The translations under genes and the position numbers were made by a program. A stretch of 64,000 nt of DNA from the human T2T-CHM13v2.0 reference genome, Homo sapiens, in the NCBI RefSeq assembly GCF_009914755.1, contig NC_060934.1. One strand, 5' to 3'. Under the pieces are notes generated by a model. That model ran no database searches. It had not been told where the DNA came from and saw nothing but the letters and a program-made list of their open reading frames with translations. Shown here piece by piece: positions 23,601-35,600 of this stretch. Within the stretch, counting starts at the first letter, position 1. The number at the start of each line of letters is the position of its first letter.

Positions 23601-26600
23601 GAAAGACTCTGTCTGTAAAGTCTGCAAGTGATTAGTTAGACCCCTTTGAGGCCTTCGTTGGAAGCGGGATTTCTCATTTACTGCTAGACAGAAGAATTCT
23701 CAGTAAATCCTTTGTGTTGTGTGTATTCAACTGACAGAGTGGAACCTTCCTTTATTCAGAGCAGTTTTGAAAAACACTTTTTGTGGAATTTGCAAGTGGA
23801 GATTTCAAGCGATTTGACGGCAATCTTAGACATGGAAATATCTTCATATTAAAAGTACACAGAGTCATTCGTAGAAACTAGTTTGTGATGTGTGCCTTCA
23901 ACTCACAGAGTTTAACCTTTCTTTTCATAGAGCAGTTTGGAAACACTCTATTTGTAAAGTCTGCAAGTGGATATTTGGACCTCTTTGAGGCCTTCGTTGG
24001 AAACGGGATTTCTTCATACAACGCTAGACAGAAGAATTCTCAGTAATTCTTTGTGTTGTGTGTATTCAACTCACAGAGTTGAACCTTTCTTTAGAGAGAG
24101 CAGAGTTGAAACACTCTGTTTTTGGAATTTGCAAGTGCAGATTTCAAGCGATTCTAGGCCTATGGCAGAAAAGGAAATATCTTCGTATAAAAACTACACA
24201 GAATCATTCTCAACAACTACTTTGTGATGTGTGCGTTCAACTCACAGAGTTTAACCTTTCTTTTCATAGAGCAGTTTGGAAACACTCTGTTTGTAAAGCC
24301 TGCAAGTGCTTTTTTGGACTTCATTGAGGCCTTCGTTGGAAACGGGATTTCTTCATATAATGCTAGACAGAAGAATTCTCAGTCACTTCTTTGTGTTGTG
24401 TGTATTCAAGTCACAGAATTGAACCTTCCTTTAGACAGAGCAGTTTTGAAAAATTCTTTCTGTGTAATTTGCAAGTGGAGATTTCAAGCGATTTGAGGCT
24501 AATCTTTGAAATGGAAATATCTTCGTGTAAAAACTACACAAAATCATTCTCAGAAACTGCTTTGTCATCTGTGCGTTCAGTTCACAGAGTTTCACCTTTC
24601 TCTTCATAGAGCAGTTTGGAAAGACTCTGTCTGTAAAGTCTGCAAGTGATTAGTTAGAACCCTTTGAGGCCTTCGTTGGAAGCGGGATTTCTCATTTACT
24701 GCTAGACAGAAGAATTCTCAGTAAATCCTTTGTGTTGTGTGTATTCAACTCACAGAGTGGAACCTTCCTTTATTCAGAGCAGTTTTGAAACACTCTTTTT
24801 GTGGAATTTGCAAGTGGAGATTTCAAGCGATTTGACGCCAATCTTAGACATGGAAATATCTTCATATTAAAAGTACACAGAGTCATTCGTAGAAACTAGT
24901 TTGTGATGTGTGCCTTCAACTCACAGAGTTTAACCTTTCTTTTCATAGAGCAGTTGGGAAACACTCTATTTGTAAAGTCTGCAAGTGGATATTTGGACCT
25001 CTTTGAGGCCTTCGTTGGAAACGGGATTTCTTCATATAACGCTAGACAGAAGAATTCTCAGTAACTTCTTTGTGTTGAGTGTATTCAACTCACAGAGTTG
25101 AACCTTTCTTTAGAGGGAGCAGAGGTGAAACACTCTTTTTGTGGAATTTGCTAGTGTAGATTTCAAACGCTTCGAAGACAGTGATAGAAAAGGATATATC
25201 TTCGTATTAAAAGTAGACAAAATCATTGTCAAAAAACTCTTTGTGATGTGTGTGTTCAACTCACAGAGTTTAACCTTTCTTTAATCGAGCAGTTTGGAAA
25301 TACACTCTTTGTAACTCTGCAGGTGGATATTTGGCCCTCTTTGAGCCCTTCTTTGGAAACGGGATTTCCTCTTATAATGCTAGACAGAAGAATTCTCAGT
25401 AACTTCTCTGTGTTGTTTGTATTCAACACACAGATTTGAACCTTCCTTTAGAGAGAGCAGTTTTGAAACACTCTGTTTTTGGAATTTGCAAGTGCAGATT
25501 TCAAGCGCTTCTAGGCCTATGGCCGAAAAGGAAATATCTTCGTATAAAAACTACACAGAATCATTCTCAACAACTACTTTGTGCTGTGTGCGTTCAACTC
25601 ACAGAGTTTAACCTTTCTTTTCATAGAGCAGTTTGGAAACACTCTGTTTGTAAAGCCTGCAAGTGCTTTTTTGGACTTCATTGAGGCCTTCGTTGGAAAC
25701 GGGATTTCTTCATACAACGCTAGACAGAAGAATTCTCAGTAACTTCTTTGTGTTGTGTGTATTCAACTCACAGAGTTGAACCTTTCTTTAGAGAGAGCAG
25801 AGTTGAAACACTCTGTTTTTGGAATTTGCAAGTGCAGATTTCAAGCGATTCTAGGCCTATGGCAGAAAAGGAAATATCTTCGTATAAAAACTACACAGAA
25901 TCATTCTCAACAACTACTTTGTGATGTGTGCGTTCAACTCACAGAGGTTAACCTTTCTTTTCATAGAGCAGTTTGGAAACACTCTGTTTGTAAAGCCTGC
26001 AAGTGCTTTTTTGGACTTCATTGAGGCCTTCGTTGGAAACGGGATTTCTTCATATAATGCTAGACAGAAGAATTCTCAGTCACTTCTTTGTGTTGTGTGT
26101 ATTCAAGTCACAGAGTTGAACCTTCCTTTAGACAGAGCAGTTTTGAAAAATTCTTTCTGTGGAGTTTGCAAGTGGAGATTTCAAGCGATTTGAGGCTAAT
26201 CTTTGAAATGGAAATATCTTCGTGTAAAAACTACACAGAATCATTCTCAGAAACTGCTTTGTCATCTGTGCGTTCAGTTCACAGAGTTTCACCTTTCTCT
26301 TCATAGAGCAGTTTGGAAAGACTCTGTCTGTAAAGTCTGCAAGTGATTAGTTAGACCCCTTTGAGGCCTTCGTTGGAAGCGGGATTTCTCATTTACTGCT
26401 AGACAGAAGAATTCTCAGTAAATCCTTTGTGTTGTGTGTATTCAACTGACAGAGTGGAACCTTCCTTTATTCAGAGCAGTTTTGAAAAACACTTTTTGTG
26501 GAATTTGCAAGTGGAGATTTCAAGCGATTTGACGCCAATCTTAGACATGGAAATATCTTCATATTAAAAGTACACAGAGTCATTCGTAGAAACTAGTTTG

Positions 26601-29600
26601 TGATGTGTGCCTTCAACTCACAGAGTTTAACCTTTCTTTTCATAGAGCAGTTCGGAAACATTCTATTTGTAAAGTCTGCAAGTGGATATTTGGACCTCTT
26701 TGAGGCCTTCGTTGGAAAAGGGATTTCTTCATATAACGCTAGACAGAAGAATTCTCAGTAACTTCTTTGTGTTGTGTGTATTCAACTCACAGAGTTGAAC
26801 CTTTCTTTAGAGAGAGCAGAGGTGAAACACTCTTTTTGTGGAATTTGCTAGTGTAGATTTCAAACGCTTCGAAGACAGTGATAGAAAAGGATATATCTTC
26901 GTATTAAAAGTAGACAAAATCATTCTCAGAAAACTCTTTGTGATGTGTGTGTTCAACTCACAGAGTTTAACCTTTCTTTAATCGAGCAGTTTGGAAATAC
27001 ACTCTTTGTAAGTCTGCAGGTGGATATTTGGCCCTCTTTGAGCCCATCGTTGGAAACGGGATTTCCTCATATAATGCTAGACAGAAGAATTCTCAGTAAC
27101 TTCTTTGTGTTGTTTGTATTCAACACACAGATTTGAACCTTCCTTTAGAGAGAGCAGATTTGAAACACTCTGTTTTTGGAATTTGCAAGTGCAGATTTCA
27201 AGCGCTTCTAGGCCTATGGCAGAAAAGGAAATATCTTCGTATAAAAACTACACAGAATCATTCTCAACAACTACTTTGTGATGTGTGCGTTAAACTCTCA
27301 GAGTTTAAACTTTCTTTTCATAGAGCAGTTTGGAAACACTCTGTTTGTAAAGCCTGCAAGTGCTTTTTTGGACTTCATTGAGGCCTTCGTTGGAAACGGG
27401 ATTTCTTCATATAATGCTAGACAGAAGAATTCTCAGTCACTTCTTTGTGTTGTGTGTATTCAAGTCACAGAGTTGAACCTTCTTTTAGACAGAGCAGTTT
27501 TGAAAAATTCTTTCTGTGGAATTTGCAAGTGGAGATTTCAAGCGATTTGAGGCTAATCTTTGAAATGGAAATATCTTCGTGTAAAAACTACACAGAATCA
27601 TTCTCAGAAACTGCTTTGTCATCTGTGCGTTCAGTTCACAGAGTTTCACCTTTGTCTTCATAGAGCAGTTTGGAAAGACTCTGTCTGTAAAGTCTGCAAG
27701 TGATTAGTTAGAACCCTTTGAGGCCTTCGTTGGAAGCGGGATTTCTCATTTACTGCTAGACAGAAGAATTCTCAGTAAATCCTTTGTGTTGTGTGTATTC
27801 AACTCACAGAGTGGAACCTTCCTTTATTCAGAGCAGTTTTGAAACACTCTTTTTGTGGAATTTGCAAGTGGAGATTTCAAGCGATTTGACGCCAATCTTA
27901 GACATGGAAATATCTTCATATTAAAAGTACACAGAGTCATTCGTAGAAACTAGTTTGTGATGTGTGCCTTCAACTCACAGAGTTTAACCTTTCTTTTCAT
28001 AGAGCAGTTGGGAAACACTCTATTTGTAAAGTCTGCAAGTGGATATTTGGACCTCTTTGAGGCCTTCGTTGGAAACGGGATTTCTTCATATAACGCTAGA
28101 CAGAAGAATTCTCAGTAACTTCTTTGTGTTGAGTGTATTCAACTCACAGAGTTGAACCTTTCTTTAGAGGGAGCAGAGGTGAAACACTCTTTTTGTGGAA
28201 TTTGCTAGTGTAGATTTCAAACGCTTCGAAGACAGTGATAGAAAAGGATATATCTTCGTATTAAAAGTAGACAAAATCATTGTCAAAAAACTCTTTGTGA
28301 TGTGTGTGTTCAACTCACAGAGTTTAACCTTTCTTTAATCGAGCAGTTTGGAAATACACTCTTTGTAAGTCTGCAGGTGGATATTTGGCCCTCTTTGAGC
28401 CCTTCTTTGGAAACGGGATTTCCTCTTATAATGCTAGACAGAAGAATTCTCAGTAACTTCTCTGTGTTGTTTGTATTCAACACACAGATTTGAACCTTCC
28501 TTTAGAGAGAGCAGTTTTGAAACACTCTGTTTTTGGAATTTGCAAGTGCAGATTTCAAGCGCTTCTAGGCCTATGGCCGAAAAGGAAATATCTTCGTATA
28601 AAAACTACACAGAATCATTCTCAACAACTACTTTGTGCTGTGTGCGTTCAACTCACAGAGTTTAACCTTTCTTTTCATAGAGCAGTTTGGAAACACTCTG
28701 TTTGTAAAGCCTGCAAGTGCTTTTTTGGACTTCATTGAGGCCTTCGTTGCAAACGGGATTTCTTCATACAACGCTAGACAGAAGAATTCTCAGTCACTTC
28801 TTTGTGTTGTGTGTATTCAAGTCACAGAGTTGAACCTTCCTTTAGACAGAGCAGTTTTGAAAAATTCTTTCTGTGGAGTTTGCAAGTGGAGATTTCAAGC
28901 GATTTGAGGCTAATCTTTGAAATGGAAATATCTTCGTGTAAAAACTACACAGAATCATTCTCAGAAACTGCTTTGTCATCTGTGCGTTCAGTTCACAGAG
29001 TTTCACCTTTCTCTTCATAGAGCAGTTTGGAAAGACTCTGTCTGTAAAGTCTGCAAGTGATTAGTTAGACCCCTTTGAGGCCTTCGTTGGAAGCGGGATT
29101 TCTCATTTACTGCTAGACAGAAGAATTCTCAGTAAATCCTTTGTGTTGTGTGTATTCAACTGACAGAGTGGAACCTTCCTTTATTCAGAGCAGTTTTGAA
29201 AAACACTTTTTGTGGAATTTGCAAGTGGAGATTTCAAGCGATTTGACGCCAATCTTAGACATGGAAATATCTTCATATTAAAAGTACACAGAGTCATTCG
29301 TAGAAACTAGTTTGTGATGTGTGCCTTCAACTCACAGAGTTTAACCTTTCTTTTCATAGAGCAGTTTGGAAACACTCTATTTGTAAAGTCTGCAAGTGGA
29401 TATTTGGACCTCTTTGAGGCCTTCGTTGGAAACGGGATTTCTTCATACAACGCTAGACAGAAGAATTCTCAGTAACTTCTTTGTGTTGTGTGTATTCAAC
29501 TCACAGAGTTGAACCTTTCTTTAGAGAGAGCAGAGTTGAAACACTCTGTTTTTGGAATTTGCAAGTGCAGATTTCAAGCGATTCTAGGCCTATGGCAGAA

Positions 29601-32600
29601 AAGGAAATATCTTCGTATAAAAACTACACAGAATCATTCTCAACAACTACTTTGTGATGTGTGCGTTCAACTCACAGAGTTTAACCTTTCTTTTCATAGA
29701 GCAGTTTGGAAACACTCTGTTTGTAAAGCCTGCAAGTGCTTTTTTGGACTTCATTGAGGCCTTCGTTGGAAACGGGATTTCTTCATATAATGCTAGACAG
29801 AAGAATTCTCAGTCACTTCTTTGTGTTGTGTGTATTCAAGTCACAGAGTTGAACCTTCCTTTAGACAGAGCAGTTTTGAAAAATTCTTTCTGTGGAGTTT
29901 GCAAGTGGAGATTTCAAGCGATTTGAGGCTAATCTTTGAAATGGAAATATCTTCGTGTAAAAACTACACAGAATCATTCTCAGAAACTGCTTTGTCATCT
30001 GTGCGTTCAGTTCACAGAGTTTCACCTTTCTCTTCATAGAGCAGTTTGGAAAGACTCTGTCTGTAAAGTCTGCAAGTGATTAGTTAGACCCCTTTGAGGC
30101 CTTCGTTGGAAGCGGGATTTCTCATTTACTGCTAGACAGAAGAATTCTCAGTAAATCCTTTGTGTTGTGTGTATTCAACTGACAGAGTGGAACCTTCCTT
30201 TATTCAGAGCAGTTTTGAAAAACACTTTTTGTGGAATTTGCAAGTGGAGATTTCAAGCGATTTGACGCCAATCTTAGACATGGAAATATCTTCATATTAA
30301 AAGTACACAGAGTCATTCGTAGAAACTAGTTTGTGATGTGTGCCTTCAACTCACAGAGTTTAACCTTTCTTTTCATAGAGCAGTTTGGAAACACTCTATT
30401 TGTAAAGTCTGCAAGTGGATATTTGGACCTCTTTGAGGCCTTCGTTGGAAACGGGATTTCTTCATACAACGCTAGACAGAAGAATTCTCAGTAACTTCTT
30501 TGTGTTGTGTGTATTCAACTCACAGAGTTGAACCTTTCTTTAGAGAGAGCAGAGTTGAAACACTCTGTTTTTGGAATTTGCAAGTGCAGATTTCAAGCGA
30601 TTCTAGGCCTATGGCAGAAAAGGAAATATCTTCGTATAAAAACTACACAGAATCATTCTCAACAACTACTTTGTGATGTGTGCGTTCAACTCACAGAGTT
30701 TAACCTTTCTTTTCATAGAGCAGTTTGGAAACACTCTGTTAGTAAAGCCAGCAAGTGCTTTTTTGGACTTCATTGAGGCCTTCGTTGGAAACGGGATTTC
30801 TTCATATAATGCTAGACAGAAGAATTCTCAGTCACTTCTTTGTGTTGTGTGTATTCAAGTCACAGAGTTGAACCTTCCTTTAGACAGAGCAGTTTTGAAA
30901 AATTCTTTCTGTGGAGTTTGCAAGGGGAGATTTCCAGCGATTTGAGGCTAATCTTTGAAATGGAAATATCTTCGTGTAAAAACTACACAGAATCATTCTC
31001 AGAAACTGCTTTGTCATCTGTGCGTTCAGTTCACAGAGTTTCACCTTTCTCTTCATAGAGCAGTTTGGAAAGACTCTGTCTGTAAAGTCTGCAAGTGATT
31101 AGTTAGACCCCTTTGAGGCCTTCGTTGGAAGCGGGATTTCTCATTTACTGCTAGACAGAAGAATTCTCAGTAAATCCTTTGTGTTGTGTGTATTCAACTC
31201 ACAGAGTGGAACCTTCCTTTATTCAGAGCAGTTTTGAAACACTCTTTTTGTGGAATTTGCAAGTGGAGATTTCAAGCGATTTGACGCCAATCTTAGACAT
31301 GGAAATATCTTCATATTAAAAGTACACAGAGTCATTCGTAGAAACTAGTTTGTGATGTGTGCCTTCAACTCACAGAGTTTAACCTTTCTTTTCATAGAGC
31401 AGTTGGGAAACACTCTATTTGTAAAGTCTGCAAGTGGATATTTGGACCTCTTTGAGGCCTTCGTTGGAAACGGGATTTCTTCATATAACGCTAGACAGAA
31501 GAATTCTCAGTAACTTCTTTGTGTTGTGTGTATTCAACTCACAGAGTTGAACCTTTCTTTAGAGGGAGCAGAGGTGAAACACTCTTTTTGTGGAATTTGC
31601 TAGTGTAGATTTCAAACGTTTCGAAGACAGTGATAGAAAAGGATATATCTTCGTATTAAAAGTAGACAAAATCATTCTCAGAAAACTCTTTGTGATGTGT
31701 GTGTTCAACTCACAGAGTTTAACCTTTCTTTAATCGAGCAGTTTGGAAATACACTCTTTGTAAGTCTGCAGGTGGATATTTGGCCCTCTTTGAGCCCTTC
31801 GTTGGAAACGGGATTTCCTCATATAATGCTAGACAGAAGAATTCTCAGTAACTTCTTTGTGTTGTTTGTATTCAACACACAGATTTGAACCTTTCTTTAG
31901 AGAGAGCAGATTTGAAACACTCTGTTTTTGGAATTTGCAAGTGCAGATTTCAAGCGCTTCTAGGCCTATGGCAGAAAAGGAAATATCTTCGTATAAAAAC
32001 TACACAGAATCATTCTCAACAACTACTTTGTGATGTGTGCGTTCAACTCACAGAGGTTAACCTTTCTTTTCATAGAGCAGTTTGGAAACACTCTGTTTGT
32101 AAAGCCTGCAAGTGCTTTTTTGGACTTCATTGAGGCCTTCGTTGGAAACGGGATTTCTTCATATAATGCTAGACAGAAGAATTCTCAGTCACTTCTTTGT
32201 GTTGTGTGTATTCAAGTCACAGAGTTGAACCTTCCTTTAGACAGAGCAGTTTTGAAAAATTCTTTCTGTGGAGTTTGCAAGTGGAGATTTCAAGCGATTT
32301 GAGGCTAATCTTTGAAATGGAAATATCTTCGTGTAAAAACTACACAGAATCATTCTCAGAAACTGCTTTGTCATCTGTGCGTTCAGTTCACAGAGTTTCA
32401 CCTTTCTCTTCATAGAGCAGTTTGGAAAGACTCTGTCTGTAAAGTCTGCAAGTGATTAGTTAGACCCCTTTGAGGCCTTCGTTGGAAGCGGGATTTCTCA
32501 TTTACTGCTAGACAGAAGAATTCTCAGTAAATCCTTTGTGTTGTGTGTATTCAACTGACAGAGTGGAACCTTCCTTTATTCAGAGCAGTTTTGAAAAACA

Positions 32601-35600
32601 CTTTTTGTGGAATTTGCAAGTGGAGATTTCAAGCGATTTGACGGCAATCTTAGACATGGAAATATCTTCATATTAAAAGTACACAGAGTCATTCGTAGAA
32701 ACTAGTTTGTGATGTGTGCCTTCAACTCACAGAGTTTAACCTTTCTTTTCATAGAGCAGTTTGGAAACACTCTATTTGTAAAGTCTGCAAGTGGATATTT
32801 GGACCTCTTTGAGGCCTTCGTTGGAAACGGGATTTCTTCATACAACGCTAGACAGAAGAATTCTCAGTAATTCTTTGTGTTGTGTGTATTCAACTCACAG
32901 AGTTGAACCTTTCTTTAGAGAGAGCAGAGTTGAAACACTCTGTTTTTGGAATTTGCAAGTGCAGATTTCAAGCGATTCTAGGCCTATGGCAGAAAAGGAA
33001 ATATCTTCGTATAAAAACTACACAGAATCATTCTCAACAACTACTTTGTGATGTGTGCGTTCAACTCACAGAGTTTAACCTTTCTTTTCATAGAGCAGTT
33101 TGGAAACACTCTGTTTGTAAAGCCTGCAAGTGCTTTTTTGGACTTCATTGAGGCCTTCGTTGGAAACGGGATTTCTTCATATAATGCTAGACAGAAGAAT
33201 TCTCAGTCACTTCTTTGTGTTGTGTGTATTCAAGTCACAGAATTGAACCTTCCTTTAGACAGAGCAGTTTTGAAAAATTCTTTCTGTGTAATTTGCAAGT
33301 GGAGATTTCAAGCGATTTGAGGCTAATCTTTGAAATGGAAATATCTTCGTGTAAAAACTACACAAAATCATTCTCAGAAACTGCTTTGTCATCTGTGCGT
33401 TCAGTTCACAGAGTTTCACCTTTCTCTTCATAGAGCAGTTTGGAAAGACTCTGTCTGTAAAGTCTGCAAGTGATTAGTTAGAACCCTTTGAGGCCTTCGT
33501 TGGAAGCGGGATTTCTCATTTACTGCTAGACAGAAGAATTCTCAGTAAATCCTTTGTGTTGTGTGTATTCAACTCACAGAGTGGAACCTTCCTTTATTCA
33601 GAGCAGTTTTGAAACACTCTTTTTGTGGAATTTGCAAGTGGAGATTTCAAGCGATTTGACGCCAATCTTAGACATGGAAATATCTTCATATTAAAAGTAC
33701 ACAGAGTCATTCGTAGAAACTAGTTTGTGATGTGTGCCTTCAACTCACAGAGTTTAACCTTTCTTTTCATAGAGCAGTTGGGAAACACTCTATTTGTAAA
33801 GTCTGCAAGTGGATATTTGGACCTCTTTGAGGCCTTCGTTGGAAACGGGATTTCTTCATATAACGCTAGACAGAAGAATTCTCAGTAACTTCTTTGTGTT
33901 GTGTGTATTCAACTCACAGAGTTGAACCTTTCTTTAGAGGGGGCAGAGGTGAAACACTCTTTTTGTGGAATTTGCTAGTGTAGATTTCAAACGCTTCGAA
34001 GACAGTGATAGAAAAGGATATATCTTCGTATTAAAAGTAGACAAAATCATTCTCAGAAAACTCTTTGTGATGTGTGTGTTCAACTCACAGAGTTTAACCT
34101 TTCTTTAATCGAGCAGTTTGGAAATACACTCTTTGTAAGTCTGCAGGTGGATATTTGGCCCTCTTTGAGCCCTTCGTTGGAAACGGGATTTCCTCATATA
34201 ATGCTAGACAGAAGAATTCTCAGTAACTTCTTTGGGTTGTTTGTATTCAACACACAGATTTGAACCTTCCTTTAGAGAGAGCAGATTTGAAACACTCTGT
34301 TTTTGGAATTTGCAAGTGCAGATTTCAAGCGCTTCTAGGCCTATGGCAGAAAAGGAAATATCTTCGTATAAAAACTATACAGAATCATTATCAACAACTA
34401 CTTTGTGATGTGTGCGTTCAACTCACAGAGGTTAACCTTTCTTTTCATAGAGCAGTTTGGAAACACTCTGTTTGTAAAGCCTGCAAGTGCTTTTTTGGAC
34501 TTCAATGAGGCCTTCGTTGGAAACGGGATTTCTTCATACAACGCTAGACAGAAGAATTCTCAGTAACTTCTTTGTGTTGTGTGTATTCAACTCACAGAGT
34601 TGAACCTTTCTTTAGAGAGAACAGAGTTGAAACACTCTGTTTTTGGAATTTGCAAGTGCAGATTTCAAGCGATTCTAGGCCTATGGCAGAAAAGGAAATA
34701 TCTTCGTATAAAAACTACACAGAATCATTCTCAACAACTACTTTGTGATGTGTGCGTTCAACTCACAAAGTTTAACCTTTCTTTTCATAGAGCAGTTTGG
34801 AAACACCCTGTTTGTAATGCCTGCAAGTGCTTTTTTGGACTTCATTGAGGCCTTCGTTGGAAACGGGATTTCTTCATATAATGCTAGACAGAAGAATTCT
34901 CAGTCACTTCTTTGTGTTGTGTGTATTCAAGTCACAGAGTTGAACCTTCCCTTAGACAGAGCAGTTTTGAAAAATTCTTTCTGTGGAATTTGCAAGTGGA
35001 GATTTCAAGCGATTTGAGGCTAATCTTTGAAATGGAAATATCTTCGTGTAAAAACTACACAGAATCATTCTCAGAAACTGCTTTGTCTTCTGGGCGTTCA
35101 GTTCACAGAGTTTCACCTTTCTCTTCATAGAGCAGTTTGGAAAGACTCTGTCTGTAAAGTCTGCAAGTGATTAGTTAGACCCCTTTGAGGCCTTCGTTGG
35201 AAGCGGGATTTCTCATTTACTGCTAGACAGAAGAATTCTCAGTAAATCCTTTGTGTTGTGTGTATTCAACTCACAGAGTGGAACCTTCCTTTATTCAGAG
35301 CAGTTTTGAAACACTCTTTTTGTGGAATTTGCAAGTGGAGATTTCAAGCGATTTGACGCCAATCTTAGACATGGAAATATCTTCATATTAAAAGTACACA
35401 GAATCATTCGTAGAAACTAGTTTGTGATGTGTGCCTTCAACTCACAGAGTTTAACCTTTCTTTTCATAGAGCAGTTCGGAAACATTCTATTTGTAAAGTC
35501 TGCAAGTGGATATTTGGACCTCTTTGAGGCCTTCGTTGGAAAAGGGATTTCTTCATATAACGCTAGACAGAAGAATTCTCAGTAACTTCTTTGTGTTGTG

